From the sequence record MK047718.1: 64,000 nucleotides of DNA; one strand, written 5' to 3'. This document shows, piece after piece, positions 42,337 through 52,330 of the stretch. This DNA comes from Escherichia phage p000y. The translations under genes were made by a program, and so were the position numbers. Every line of letters begins with the position of its first letter. Positions within the stretch are counted from its first letter, which is position 1. Below the pieces are notes generated by a model that was not told the origin of the DNA, searched no databases, and saw only the letters and a list, made by a program, of their open reading frames with translations.

Positions 42337-42361
42337 CAAAAATGGGAGACCGAAGTCTCCC
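42336..42361 (-). terminator. terminator-like hairpin between genes 35 and 36, UUCG tetraloop
   Basis: - strand GGGAGAC-TTCG-GTCTCCC then CATTTTTG, just upstream of the gene 36 late promoter. Confidence 0.6.
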
Positions 42362-42366
42362 TAAAT

Positions 42367-43494
42367 TTATTCTGATGCTTCTTTAAATTCTTGTCCAAAT
42401 ACCTTACCAGTATCAGTTGAAGATTGAGTAGGTAATGTCATTATGTCTGGAGCACTTAAAGATTCTGAAACATAATTTACACGAATACCATTTATACCAA
42501 ACTCAGCAGGTTTTGAAACGCTTCCATTACATGATACTTCAGTGAATATAACGTTTCTTAATCCGCCTTGCCCGACTGGAGCTGTACGATAACAATAAAT
42601 CGTGAACCCGTCAGCACCAGCAGGAATTTCTATGTAGTCTTCATATATCTTCCATTCACCTGCGCCCCCATCAAAGTTTATATCCTTAAATGAAATAGGT
42701 GAAGTAGAAGGAGATTTAAAGAAACGAATAGAAAGTCGTGTCGTCCCTTGTGCTAACAAATCGGCATCGGCCATTAGTTGGAATTTCATATAAAGGAAAT
42801 CTCCAGGCTTCAATTTATACCCAGCGAGAGGTGTAATAAGGGATGTTGTAGGCATCCTTTTAATTTCATTATTAGTACCTCCAATGGCAGATAAAAATGT
42901 GTCTGACGATTCATACGTACGTCTAGGGAAGCCGGTAGCACCAATATCATCGATCGTGTCGTACACAACATCAAGTGGTGTACTATAGTCGGTTGAAGTT
43001 TTCTTATTACTATACTTAATATGTTCTAGTGCTATAGCATTCTTACCAGAAATATAAAATGCAGAATAAGAAATGTCCACTATATTTAAAACTTGTTGAG
43101 CTAATGGAATAGCAGAACTCCCAGCTTTAGTAAACCATGCAAGAACTTCTGGTGGAAAGTTTGTTTTAGCGTTAGTAACAAGAGCAAATATAAAATTTGA
43201 AGCATATGTGTCCATGAAAGTAACAAATGCACTTGACGTGGTGTCGTTTTCAGTAGAGAAATTATATGTCTTAGATTCAACTACTGCACCTGTTGTAGGA
43301 TTTATTACACGAACGTTTAATCCAACGGAAAAAACCTGGGACCCAAGTGGATTATCCTGGAACTTAATATAAGCAGGAGATGTTGATAGCGGGCAAGAGC
43401 CCGCTATGCTTAATTTAAATCGTACTGAATTGCTTTCCGATAAAAATGGCGTTTGGACGTATCCTTGTCCAAACTTAGCCATAAATTTTTCCAT
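42367..43494 (-). CDS. 35: gp35 long tail fibre hinge protein
   Basis: 375 aa between 34 and 36 on the late strand. Size and position match T4 gp35. Confidence 0.85.
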   Translation of the reverse strand: MEKFMAKFGQGYVQTPFLSESNSVRFKLSIAGSCPLSTSPAYIKFQDNPLGSQVFSVGLNVRVINPTTGAVVESKTYNFSTENDTTSSAFVTFMDTYASNFIFALVTNAKTNFPPEVLAWFTKAGSSAIPLAQQVLNIVDISYSAFYISGKNAIALEHIKYSNKKTSTDYSTPLDVVYDTIDDIGATGFPRRTYESSDTFLSAIGGTNNEIKRMPTTSLITPLAGYKLKPGDFLYMKFQLMADADLLAQGTTRLSIRFFKSPSTSPISFKDINFDGGAGEWKIYEDYIEIPAGADGFTIYCYRTAPVGQGGLRNVIFTEVSCNGSVSKPAEFGINGIRVNYVSESLSAPDIMTLPTQSSTDTGKVFGQEFKEASE

Positions 43495-43502
43495 AATACC
43501 TC

Positions 43503-46500
43503 TTATTCAATCCACTCGAATTTAACAGATTTATTCACAGGGTCTGGAATAATGCGGACATTACCAATCCTTAAGAAATCCCTTATTGTCAAGTTTCCGA
43601 TTGTTGCATTATCAGAAGGTAAAGCACCAATATCAGATGGCTGAGGAGGGTTACCCCCATCAAATACTTGAACAAAACTTGACCAAGAATTTTTAGTTTT
43701 CTGCCATGTACGAGTCCAACGGGTTGTACGTGCTTCTGGGGTTGTTGGATAAGTAATCCAATCTTGGTAAAGTGAATCAAGTGTGTTACCAAACTGAGTC
43801 AGTGTACCAGGAGATTTAACTTCTTCGCCACGTTCTAAGTATGGAAGCCCAGTCACTTCATTAGTTTTTTCAACCATTTTAAAATAACCTGGGAACTGGT
43901 TATAAGTGGCTGAATCGTTAATATCAATTGACCAGAATCCTACATTATCAGATGTTGGCGCACGGGTATATAAATCGGATGTTTTAGTACCCTGAGAACG
44001 AATTCTCGAGTTAACAGTCAAACCGCCAGAATTTATAGTAGCACCTTTGGCAATGATTAAGCTTTCACCAATCGTAACTTGACCGGATTGATTATTAATT
44101 GATAATGGACGTAATCCATTAAATCCACCGGTCTGATCACCAGATGCAGTAAGCATAAAATATGTGCTGCCACCATCATTGCGAATAAAGAATCCGTAAT
44201 CACCACTAATTGCTCTGAAAGCATTTGCAGACTTGCTAATGAATTCGCCATTGGCTGTAACTGAACGACCAAATGTTGCAACGCCATTCGCATTTAACAT
44301 GCCGGATGCGTTAACATTTATTGGCATCACAGTACCATTGATACTAAACGTTATATTCCCGGCTTTATTACGTTGAGAATAAAAGTGATTAGATGTTTCA
44401 TCGCCAACTTCAAATACAGTAGAACGTGTTGTATCTGAACCACCACCAAATTCATTTCCCCAAACTCTGATAGTCATCGTCTGTGCTGGGTTAGTTCCAG
44501 TTTGAGGTCCTTTCTCAAAAATCAGACGAGTTGCCGTTCCAGTATTAGAAATAGTTAATGTACTATTTGCCGAAACTGAACCACCAAACGTAGCAGTACT
44601 AGATGATACAAGAGGGGCACTCAGATTCGTTTGTTGGGTTAAGGTTAGTGAACCATTAACCGTCTGTGCAATGTCCCTACGAATGAACTGAGATGAATCT
44701 AGGCCATCTAATAAATTTGCGTCAGCAGCTTTTGCTTTTAATGGCAAATAGTTAGCAAGTACACGGTTTAATTCATATGGAGAAATAGCATAACTATTTT
44801 TTTCATATGATTCTAAAGGTTGTGTTGAACCAACTGTATCATTACCAACGAATGTAATTGAACCAGATGAAGTTTTAACAAAACCTCTTATTGCAGTAGT
44901 AGCAGCCCATGTCGGTTCATTCTGGACAATCCATTTTAAATTCTTAGGAGATACAGCAGTATTAGCAGAAGTTCCTGTTACAGTTTCAGCCTGAGTAGCA
45001 ACCTTAATTACGCCTTCAGACGTTTCAGTGGACTTAGTCCCTAAAAGCTTTTTAGGAGTAATAAGAACATCATCTAAAGTTCCTGCATTAGATTCTGCTT
45101 GGGTCGCTACACGAAGTGTACCACGTTGTGTTTCATTTGCTTTAGAAATATCAAGAGTATAATGGTTCCACAAGGTTCCTTCTTCAATAAGTCCGGAATC
45201 AGAATTAACACTGGTACGGTCAGAAGAATCAAAATGAGTTTTAATTTTCAGTGGAGTTGAGATACGAGTATCATCAGTTCCAGTATCAAATTCAACTTGC
45301 GTAGCAAGTTCGGCTATGCCGGATAATCCTTCCGTAGCTTTCCTATCATTTAACGTCTTAGGCGTTACTGCACGTGTATAATCAGTCCCAGCATTAGTTT
45401 CTGTTTGCGTAGCAATTTCAATTAAACCAATACGTCCATCAGTAGAAGTTTTCTTATGTAGTGTTTCAGGAGTTACTACAGCGTGAGAATAACCTGCTTG
45501 AGATTGGCCGGCAATTACTTCACTATCAACAGCTAAAATTACTGCACCTTGTTGAGCATAAGTTGCTTTATATTGGTCAAGGGCTTTAGGAGAAATAGTT
45601 AAATTATTTACGGTTTTATTATAAACGTTAGTGCCTGCGGTACCACGAGTTTCAGCAGGAGTAGCAGAAGTAGTTGATACATATTTAACTATACCAGATA
45701 GTGTTTCAGAACCCTGACGGGCCTGTAATTTCTTAGGCGTAATAATCGTTGTGTCATCAAGACCAGCATCGGTTTCAGCCTGAGTAGCAATTTCAGCAAG
45801 ACCGCGACGAGTTTCAGTTGCTGTACGCCCATTTAGTTTTTTAGGCGTAACAATAGTATCGTCCACAAATGTTGCTGTGGAATTCTGGTTAACTTGTGCT
45901 GTTGTAGCAATTTTAGCGATACCACGTCGAGCTTCAGTTGCTGTACGATTTGCCAACGTTTCAGGAGTAATAGCCACTTCTTTAGCCGGAGTATTCTCTA
46001 AATCAACATTTGCTTGCGCTTGAGTAGCAAGAGCAATAACACCTAAACGAGCTCGTGTAGCATCAGTTCCAGCATCAACACGTTCTACCGTAGGGACGTT
46101 TTGTTGAACGACCCAATAACGTGTACCAGCAACGGTGTCTTCGATATACGCTAATTCTAATACAGGAACATATGAAGTAGTGCCATTGAATTCTAGTTCA
46201 GTAACAGAGACCCATTGAGCATCAGGTGGATATTCAGAACGTTTAGGGAACTGAAGCAATGCAACAGAAGAAGCAATTGTATCACCTTCGGCAGCTTTAA
46301 TTTTTACTGTTTGGCCTTTACGCATGTAGTTCATTGAAATTTTAACAGTGTCACCACTCAAAATTCCGGAAGGCAGCGTAAGATTAATAGTTCCGGCTGT
46401 AGCGTTATTTGTGCCAAAAATAAGAACTTCTTCATTTGGACGAATATTTGAATCCGCACGGATAATACGAAGACGCGATTTCTGGTCGCCTTCCCATATA

Positions 46501-47378
46501 CGCCATAAACTATTTGCAGCATCAAAAACAAAAAACGCGTCAGAGTCATTTCTGCCTTCGGCAATATGAGTCCCGACTTCACCAATAGACGTTGTATCAT
46601 CAAATGTTTTAACAATTGTATGATACAGTGGGTTTAATTTATCTAAATCAACTAGGTGGATTATATCACCGTTGTTAGCATTACGTGGAAGTGTAATGTT
46701 GATTGGTGCTGCACTAGTAAAACGACGAACGATAAAATCATTTGCTTGTGCTTGATATGGTGTCGCAGGTGTAACAGTGATTGATTCTTTACCATAATCG
46801 GTAATATACATCTGCCACAAACGATTACTAAACACAAACAATAGTTGTGAACGTGGGCGCGTCATTAAAACCGTACGAACTTGTTCACCTCTAAAGTTTA
46901 AAATACTCTGTACAGACGCGTTAATCTGTACTTTAACTGTCCCGGTTCTTCCACCAATATCAGCCAAAACAACAGTATCACCATCAACCGGCGTATTTGG
47001 CAACGTGAAAACCATATCATTGCCGGCACCAGTGTTAACCGAAATAGATTCACCTGAAGAAAGTTGATAAGTCCCAGAAGCGACAGTTATCCATTGTGCA
47101 TCAGTACGAACTGCACGCCATTGTAAAAGGTTAAATGCCCCGGAAGGAGACACGATATCATTTATTGCTTGATATAAACGGTTGTCATAAAGAACAACAA
47201 ATCCTTTGTTATATCCACGCGTAGAATCATATACTTGAACGGTGTTTTCTTGTACCAGGAAGTCAACGTTTACGCCATCAGTACCTACTGTACGGTCGGC
47301 TAATGCTACGTTAACAATCTTGTCGCCACCGGCGTCCAGACCGTCTTCGGCTCTGAACTTACGTTTGATGTCGGCCAT
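43503..47378 (-). CDS. 34: gp34 long tail fibre proximal subunit
   Basis: 1291 aa. MADIKRKFRAEDGLDAGGDKI N-terminus, internal ATQAE...TPKKL repeats. Late promoter at 47409-47416. Confidence 0.95.
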   Translation of the reverse strand: MADIKRKFRAEDGLDAGGDKIVNVALADRTVGTDGVNVDFLVQENTVQVYDSTRGYNKGFVVLYDNRLYQAINDIVSPSGAFNLLQWRAVRTDAQWITVASGTYQLSSGESISVNTGAGNDMVFTLPNTPVDGDTVVLADIGGRTGTVKVQINASVQSILNFRGEQVRTVLMTRPRSQLLFVFSNRLWQMYITDYGKESITVTPATPYQAQANDFIVRRFTSAAPINITLPRNANNGDIIHLVDLDKLNPLYHTIVKTFDDTTSIGEVGTHIAEGRNDSDAFFVFDAANSLWRIWEGDQKSRLRIIRADSNIRPNEEVLIFGTNNATAGTINLTLPSGILSGDTVKISMNYMRKGQTVKIKAAEGDTIASSVALLQFPKRSEYPPDAQWVSVTELEFNGTTSYVPVLELAYIEDTVAGTRYWVVQQNVPTVERVDAGTDATRARLGVIALATQAQANVDLENTPAKEVAITPETLANRTATEARRGIAKIATTAQVNQNSTATFVDDTIVTPKKLNGRTATETRRGLAEIATQAETDAGLDDTTIITPKKLQARQGSETLSGIVKYVSTTSATPAETRGTAGTNVYNKTVNNLTISPKALDQYKATYAQQGAVILAVDSEVIAGQSQAGYSHAVVTPETLHKKTSTDGRIGLIEIATQTETNAGTDYTRAVTPKTLNDRKATEGLSGIAELATQVEFDTGTDDTRISTPLKIKTHFDSSDRTSVNSDSGLIEEGTLWNHYTLDISKANETQRGTLRVATQAESNAGTLDDVLITPKKLLGTKSTETSEGVIKVATQAETVTGTSANTAVSPKNLKWIVQNEPTWAATTAIRGFVKTSSGSITFVGNDTVGSTQPLESYEKNSYAISPYELNRVLANYLPLKAKAADANLLDGLDSSQFIRRDIAQTVNGSLTLTQQTNLSAPLVSSSTATFGGSVSANSTLTISNTGTATRLIFEKGPQTGTNPAQTMTIRVWGNEFGGGSDTTRSTVFEVGDETSNHFYSQRNKAGNITFSINGTVMPINVNASGMLNANGVATFGRSVTANGEFISKSANAFRAISGDYGFFIRNDGGSTYFMLTASGDQTGGFNGLRPLSINNQSGQVTIGESLIIAKGATINSGGLTVNSRIRSQGTKTSDLYTRAPTSDNVGFWSIDINDSATYNQFPGYFKMVEKTNEVTGLPYLERGEEVKSPGTLTQFGNTLDSLYQDWITYPTTPEARTTRWTRTWQKTKNSWSSFVQVFDGGNPPQPSDIGALPSDNATIGNLTIRDFLRIGNVRIIPDPVNKSVKFEWIE
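44935..46075 (-). repeat. intragenic degenerate repeats in gene 34
   Basis: At least six copies of a roughly 35-45-aa unit, G(I/L)xxxATQAExxxGxxxxxx(I/V)TPKxLxxRxATE. At the DNA level there are recurring ...TGAGTAGCAA... blocks on the + strand. Confidence 0.7.
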
Positions 47379-47408
47379 TCGTTTTTCCTTTATTGTTTCA
47401 ATAATACT

Positions 47409-47416
47409 TATTTATA
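47409..47416 (-). promoter_or_regulatory. late promoter (gene 34)
   Basis: Exact TATAAATA on the - strand, 31 nt upstream of the gene 34 ATG. Confidence 0.75.
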
Positions 47417-47420
47417 CCAG

Positions 47421-47449
47421 TTTACGCTTTCAAATGAGTGTGTTACTAT
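47421..47449 (+). promoter_or_regulatory. early promoter (rnh)
   Basis: TTTACG 47421-47426, 17 nt, TACTAT 47444-47449. Divergent from the gene 34 late promoter. Confidence 0.6.
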
Positions 47450-47481
47450 AGACAAGTTGACTAACTGAACAAGAGGTTCAT

Positions 47482-48399
47482 ATGGATTTAGAAATGATGT
47501 TGGATGAAGATTACAAAGAAGGTATTGCGCTTGCCGACTTTAGTAACATTGCACTGGCAGCCGCATTAAACAACTTTGAAGACGGCGATAAAATTACAGT
47601 TCCAATGGTTCGCCATGTAATCTTGAATTCAATTCGTAAAAACGTAGTGATGTTCCGTAAGCAAGGCTATACAAAATTTGTATTGTGTATGGATAATGCT
47701 ACTTCGGGTTATTGGCGTCGAGACTTTGCTTACTATTACAAGAAAAATCGTAAAACCGATCGTGAAGCTTCAAAGTGGGATTGGGAAGGATATTTTACTG
47801 CACTCCATCAAGTTGTTGATGAGATTAAGAAATACATGCCATACGTTGTAATGGATATTGACAAGTATGAAGCGGATGACCATATCGGTGTATTAACTAA
47901 ATATTTGTCATTAGCTGGACATAAAGTATGTATTGTTGCATCAGATGGTGACTTTACACAATTACACAAATATCCTAACGTTAAACAGTGGTCGCCACCA
48001 CAGAAAAAATGGGTTAAAATTAAGAATGGTTCTGCTGAAATTGATTGCATGACTAAAATTCTTAAAGGTGACCGTAAGGATGGTGTTGCATCTGTTCGAG
48101 TTCGTGGCGACTTCTGGTTTACCAGAGTTGATGGTGAACGAACTCCGAGTATGAAAACATCGATTATTGAAGCAATTGCCAATGACCGTTCTCAAGCTGA
48201 AGTATTATTAAGTGCAGAAGAATATAAACGGTATCAAGAAAATTTGGTTCTCATTGATTTTGATTATATCCCTGATAATATTGCTTCAACCATTATAGAG
48301 TATTATAACTCGTATAAACAACAACCTAAAGGCAAGATTTATTCATACTTTGTAAAATCTGGTCTTTCTAAATTAACAAGTGTAATTAATGAATTCTGA
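47482..48399 (+). CDS. rnh: RNase H (5'-3' exonuclease / flap endonuclease)
   Basis: MDLEMMLDEDYKEG...DKYEADDHI...SSDGDFTQL match T4 RNase H. 305 aa. Confidence 0.96.
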   Translation: MDLEMMLDEDYKEGIALADFSNIALAAALNNFEDGDKITVPMVRHVILNSIRKNVVMFRKQGYTKFVLCMDNATSGYWRRDFAYYYKKNRKTDREASKWDWEGYFTALHQVVDEIKKYMPYVVMDIDKYEADDHIGVLTKYLSLAGHKVCIVASDGDFTQLHKYPNVKQWSPPQKKWVKIKNGSAEIDCMTKILKGDRKDGVASVRVRGDFWFTRVDGERTPSMKTSIIEAIANDRSQAEVLLSAEEYKRYQENLVLIDFDYIPDNIASTIIEYYNSYKQQPKGKIYSYFVKSGLSKLTSVINEF

Positions 48400-48406
48400 G
48401 GTAAAC

Positions 48407-48676
48407 ATGGCTAAGAAAGAAGCAGTTGAATTTAATCAAGATGTGCACGGTGAAGAACTGGCTAAACTAGTCAAGGAAGCTTCCGATAACAAACTTAAAA
48501 TTTCTGGTTATAATGAACTGATTAAAGACATTCGTACTCGTGCTAAAGAAGAGCTTGGTGTTGATGGAAAAATGTTTAATCGTTTGTTAGCTCTTTATCA
48601 TAAAGACGCTCGTGACCAATTTGAAGCTGAAAACGAAGAGGTAGTCGAGCTTTATGACACAGTTTTCACTAAGTGA
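48407..48676 (+). CDS. dsbA: DsbA double-stranded DNA-binding protein (late transcription)
   Basis: MAKKEAVEF...KLKISGYNELIKDIR.RAK.ELGVDGKMFNRLLALYHKD matches T4 DsbA. 89 aa from ATG 48407. Confidence 0.92.
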   Translation: MAKKEAVEFNQDVHGEELAKLVKEASDNKLKISGYNELIKDIRTRAKEELGVDGKMFNRLLALYHKDARDQFEAENEEVVELYDTVFTK

Positions 48677-48992
48677 TATTAAACCGGTTGATGAGGCCGG
48701 TTTATCTGAACAAGAATTAGCAGTAAAACACGATAAAGATGATATCGCTAAATTGCTTGACCGACAAGAAAACGGATTCATTATCGAATCCATGGTTGAA
48801 CAATTTGGTATGTCTTATTTAGAAGCAACAACTGCTTTCTTGGAAGAAAATTCTATTCCAGAAACACAATTTGCTAAATTTATTCCTACAGGAATTGTTG
48901 AAAAAATTACAAGCGAAGCAATTGACGAAAACATGCTTCGCCCATCAGTTGCTCGTGGTGAAAAAACTAATACGTTAGATTTCTTATTATGA
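48654..48992 (+). CDS. 33: gp33 late transcription co-activator
   Basis: MTQFSLSDIKPVDE.GLSE...LLDRQENGFIIE...EKTNTLDFLL matches T4 gp33. 112 aa. Confidence 0.95.
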   Translation: MTQFSLSDIKPVDEAGLSEQELAVKHDKDDIAKLLDRQENGFIIESMVEQFGMSYLEATTAFLEENSIPETQFAKFIPTGIVEKITSEAIDENMLRPSVARGEKTNTLDFLL

Positions 48993-49642
48993 TTAAAATA
49001 CGCATGCCTCCTGATGGAGAACGTTATATTAACGGAAAATCGGTATACAAACTATACTTGATGTGCAAACAACATTTTAATGGTCGGTATGACGTAATCA
49101 AATATAACTGGTGCATGCGTGTTTCGGATAATGCGTATCAAAAACGCCGAGATAAATATTTCTTTGAAAAACTAGCAGAGAAATATAAATTGAAGGAACT
49201 CACCTTGATATTCATAAGCAACTTAGTTGCTAACCAAGACGCATGGATTGGTGAGATATCAGACGCTGATGCATTAGTTTTCTATAGGGAATATATTGGA
49301 CGTCTCAAACAAGCTAAAGAGACGTTTTCTGAAGACGTACGTAACATCTACTATTTCAGTAAGAAAGTTGAAGTTAGTGCGCTTCAAGAGATATTTGATT
49401 ATAATAACAACGTTCAGTCGAGCTACATATTCAAATTGCTACAAAGCAATATAATTTCATTTGAGACTTTCTTATTGTTAGACTCGTTTTTGAATATTAT
49501 AGATAAGCACGACGAACTCACTGACAATTTAGTGTGGCAAAATTATTCTACCAAATTAAAGGCATATCGAAAAATACTTCAAATCGATGGAAATGCTGCT
49601 AAGAAATTGTTCATAGAAACAATCAAATCATGTAAGTATTAA
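48989..49642 (+). CDS. 59: gp59 helicase loader
   Basis: MIKIRMPPDGERYINGKSVYKLYLM...NWCMRVSD..YQKRRDKYFF matches T4 gp59. 217 aa. Confidence 0.96.
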   Translation: MIKIRMPPDGERYINGKSVYKLYLMCKQHFNGRYDVIKYNWCMRVSDNAYQKRRDKYFFEKLAEKYKLKELTLIFISNLVANQDAWIGEISDADALVFYREYIGRLKQAKETFSEDVRNIYYFSKKVEVSALQEIFDYNNNVQSSYIFKLLQSNIISFETFLLLDSFLNIIDKHDELTDNLVWQNYSTKLKAYRKILQIDGNAAKKLFIETIKSCKY

Positions 49643-49666
49643 GCTTTATTTCTTGTGTGTTAAAAT
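49643..49666 (+). promoter_or_regulatory. MotA-dependent middle promoter (gene 32)
   Basis: GCTTTA 49643-49648, 12-nt spacer, TAAAAT 49661-49666. Confidence 0.5.
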
Positions 49667-49671
49667 TACTT

Positions 49672-49679
49672 TATAAATA
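49672..49679 (+). promoter_or_regulatory. late promoter (gene 32)
   Basis: Exact TATAAATA upstream of the gene 32 leader. Confidence 0.65.
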
Positions 49680-49689
49680 AATCATACCA

Positions 49690-49767
49690 GCTACGAGGTA
49701 TAAGTGTCGTAGCAACCAACTGTAAATAAATTAAATAATTTAAATAATCTAAATAAAGGTAAATATA
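49690..49767 (+). promoter_or_regulatory. gene 32 autoregulatory translational operator (5' hairpin/pseudoknot plus unstructured A/U-rich tract)
   Basis: Stem GCTACGA (49690-49696) / TCGTAGC (49707-49713), followed by reiterated (T)AAATAA units (TGTAAATAAATTAAATAATTTAAATAATCTAAATAAAGGTAAATATAATG) running into the ATG, as in the T4 gene 32 leader. Confidence 0.7.
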
Positions 49768-50670
49768 ATGTTTAAACGTAAATCTACTGCTGACCTCGCT
49801 GCTCAAATGGCTAAACTGAACGGTAACAAAGGTTTCTCTTCAGAAGATAAAGGCGAATGGAAGCTGAAGCTAGATGCATCCGGTAATGGTCAAGCGGTAA
49901 TTCGTTTCTTGCCAGCAAAAACTGATGATGCACTACCATTTGCAATTCTTGTTAACCACGGTTTCAAGAAAAATGGTAAATGGTATATTGAAAATTGCTC
50001 TTCTACACATGGTGATTACGACTCTTGTCCTGTATGTCAGTACATTAGTAAAAATGACCTGTACAATACCAACAAAGCTGAATATTCTCAACTGAAACGT
50101 AAAACTTCTTATTGGGCTAATATTCTGGTTGTTAAAGACCCTCAAGCTCCAGATAATGAAGGTAAAGTATTTAAATATCGTTTCGGTAAAAAGATTTGGG
50201 ACAAAATCAATGCAATGATTGCAGTTGATACCGAAATGGGTGAAACTCCAGTTGATGTTACTTGTCCGTTTGAAGGTGCTAACTTCGTTCTGAAAGCTAA
50301 GCAGGTTTCTGGTTTTAGCAACTATGACGAATCTAAATTCTTGGGTCAATCTGAAATTCCTCGTATTAATGACGAAGCATTCCAGAAAGAACTATATGAC
50401 CAGATGGTAGACCTTACCACTTTGACGGCTAAAGACCAGTTCAAATCCTTTGAAAAATTAAATGAATCTTTCGCTAAGGTTCTTGGTACTGCCGCTCTTG
50501 GTGGTGCAGCAGCCGCAGCAGCTTCTGTTGCAGATAAAGTTGCTTCTGACCTTGACGATTTTGATAAAGACATGGAAGCCTTTAGTTCTGCAAAAACTGA
50601 AGATGACTTCATGAGTTCTACCTCATCCTCTGATGATGGTGACCTCGATGACCTGTTAGCTGGTCTATAA
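49768..50670 (+). CDS. 32: gp32 single-stranded DNA-binding protein
   Basis: [36 protein letters not shown]..., zinc site [14 protein letters not shown], acidic C-terminus. Closest in my memory to the RB69 form. Confidence 0.98.
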   Translation: MFKRKSTADLAAQMAKLNGNKGFSSEDKGEWKLKLDASGNGQAVIRFLPAKTDDALPFAILVNHGFKKNGKWYIENCSSTHGDYDSCPVCQYISKNDLYNTNKAEYSQLKRKTSYWANILVVKDPQAPDNEGKVFKYRFGKKIWDKINAMIAVDTEMGETPVDVTCPFEGANFVLKAKQVSGFSNYDESKFLGQSEIPRINDEAFQKELYDQMVDLTTLTAKDQFKSFEKLNESFAKVLGTAALGGAAAAAASVADKVASDLDDFDKDMEAFSSAKTEDDFMSSTSSSDDGDLDDLLAGL

Positions 50671-50676
50671 TAAATC

Positions 50677-50698
50677 GGGAGACTTCGGTCTCCCTTTT
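50677..50698 (+). terminator. rho-independent terminator, UUCG tetraloop
   Basis: GGGAGAC-TTCG-GTCTCCC followed by TTTT, after gene 32. Confidence 0.8.
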
Positions 50699-50726
50699 GA
50701 GTATCTGTAAATTGCCGAAAAAGTTG

Positions 50727-50755
50727 TTTACTTCTTCCCTGGATGTATTAGTATA
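50727..50755 (+). promoter_or_regulatory. early promoter
   Basis: TTTACT 50727-50732, 16 nt, TAGTAT 50749-50754. Confidence 0.55.
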
Positions 50756-50783
50756 GACATATCAACAACATGAGGAAATCAAA

Positions 50784-51188
50784 ATGGAAATCGGAAAATC
50801 TTATATCATTAACCCTTTATTTAAAGACGACTTTGTTCAAGAAGCACCACATAATAACGCTAAGATGTTAAAACTGATTGAACTCCATGGGCCTAGTTTT
50901 GTTGTAAACGGAATGGAACCTGATTACGATAGCGATACGCCAAACGTAGTAAGTGTAACTATGGAAGATGGTACTGTATGTTCTGCCGGTGGTGAAATTG
51001 AAACTTATTTTGAGATTTATCCTGATGAGTTCAAATACTTTATTGAGTACTTTACTGAGGTAGATTTAGTAAAGCCTCAACCTACTAACGAAGGTATAAC
51101 TTTAGGTGTAACAAAAATCCATTGTATCGTAGATGAAACCAACGTCGACGAAATCATCGAACTTTTGCAAAAAACTTTTAAAAAGTAG
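50784..51188 (+). CDS. hypothetical protein (134 aa)
   Basis: Early promoter at 50727-50755 and GAGGAA SD. Confidence 0.6.
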   Translation: MEIGKSYIINPLFKDDFVQEAPHNNAKMLKLIELHGPSFVVNGMEPDYDSDTPNVVSVTMEDGTVCSAGGEIETYFEIYPDEFKYFIEYFTEVDLVKPQPTNEGITLGVTKIHCIVDETNVDEIIELLQKTFKK

Positions 51189-51224
51189 TTTACAATCAGA
51201 TAGGGTTATGTTATAGTAGCCCTA
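51189..51224 (+). promoter_or_regulatory. early promoter with inverted repeat around the -10
   Basis: TTTACA 51189-51194, 17 nt, TATAGT 51212-51217. IR TAGGG (51201-51205) / CCCTA (51220-51224). Confidence 0.65.
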
Positions 51225-51251
51225 TCAAATAAAAGTGAAGAGGAGAATAAA

Positions 51252-51494
51252 ATGAGATTGCAACGCCAGAGCATCAAAGATTCAGAAGTTAGAGGTAAAT
51301 GGTACTTCAACATCGTTGGTAAAGATGCTGAACTCCTTGAACAAGCTGAAGAAGCTTTACGTGAAATGGGTTGGAACGAAGAATGTGATGGATGTCCACT
51401 CTACGAAGATGGTATATCATCCGGATTCTGGATTTATCACTCGGATGTCGACCAATTTAAAGCTGATTGGAAAATTGTGAAAAAGTCTGTTTGA
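51252..51494 (+). CDS. hypothetical protein (80 aa)
   Basis: Early promoter/stem-loop at 51189-51224 and GAGGAG SD. Confidence 0.6.
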   Translation: MRLQRQSIKDSEVRGKWYFNIVGKDAELLEQAEEALREMGWNEECDGCPLYEDGISSGFWIYHSDVDQFKADWKIVKKSV

Positions 51495-51503
51495 GGAAAT
51501 ACA

Positions 51504-51755
51504 ATGAAAACACTAAATTTACTTAAGGTTGGGGAAGACATAGATATTGCTGATATCTACAAAAATCTAACTTATTATGATAATTTATTTGTCGTTCAAA
51601 CCTTAAATGGCGATTATTACACTGTTTCTTTAGTGCGAAATAAATTTAAAAACAAATTTTACTTTTGTATTTATAATTATCACGGCCAACGCTCTAGCAA
51701 TTATATTGAACCATCTGACATATTTTATATTGAGGAATTAAAATGCTTAAATTAG
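51504..51755 (+). CDS. hypothetical protein (83 aa)
   Basis: ORF with GAGGAA SD. Its end overlaps the frd start. Confidence 0.55.
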   Translation: MKTLNLLKVGEDIDIADIYKNLTYYDNLFVVQTLNGDYYTVSLVRNKFKNKFYFCIYNYHGQRSSNYIEPSDIFYIEELKCLN

Positions 51756-52330
51756 TATTCGCATGCGCACCATCTAAAACAGTTGATGATAAACTGGAAT
51801 ATGCTTTTGGATTAGGTGATGGACTTCCATGGAAGCATATCAAACAAGATATGAGTAACTTTGTTGCTCGCACTAAAAACACTGTAATGGTTATGGGTGC
51901 TAAGACTTTTGCATCATTACCTCGTCTACTCCCAGATCGTACTCATGTAGTTGTCACCGATATGTCTAGAAAACTGCCTAGGACTAAAAGCGACGAACTT
52001 GCACGGTTCTATATCACCCAAGCAGAATTTATTACCCTGGTGACTGGTAGTGAAATTAACTTGTTCGGCCCTTCAACAGACGTACCATTTAAACTTTCTA
52101 CTGAACATGTTGATGTATCTGTTATCGGTGGCCCGGCTCTATTAAAACAAGCACTGCCTTATGCCGATGAAATTGTGATGACTAAAATCATTAAGAAATG
52201 TCGTGTTAATTCAGACGTTCAACTTGATAAAGATTTCATCCAAGATATTATGCTTCAACGTTCTATGGTAGAATCTCATTACTACAGAATCGATGAACTC
52301 ACCGAAATTACTGAGAGCGTATATAAATGA
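51743..52330 (+). CDS. frd: dihydrofolate reductase
   Basis: MLKLVF...LGDGLPW...MGAKTF.SLP...VIGGPALL...LPYADE..TESVYK match T4 Frd. Confidence 0.95.
   Translation: MLKLVFACAPSKTVDDKLEYAFGLGDGLPWKHIKQDMSNFVARTKNTVMVMGAKTFASLPRLLPDRTHVVVTDMSRKLPRTKSDELARFYITQAEFITLVTGSEINLFGPSTDVPFKLSTEHVDVSVIGGPALLKQALPYADEIVMTKIIKKCRVNSDVQLDKDFIQDIMLQRSMVESHYYRIDELTEITESVYK

Noticed and set aside
49933-50612. 138-aa and 88-aa ORFs on the - strand inside gene 32
   Set aside because: They are antisense to gene 32. The alanine-rich reverse frame merely mirrors the gp32 C-terminal repeat.
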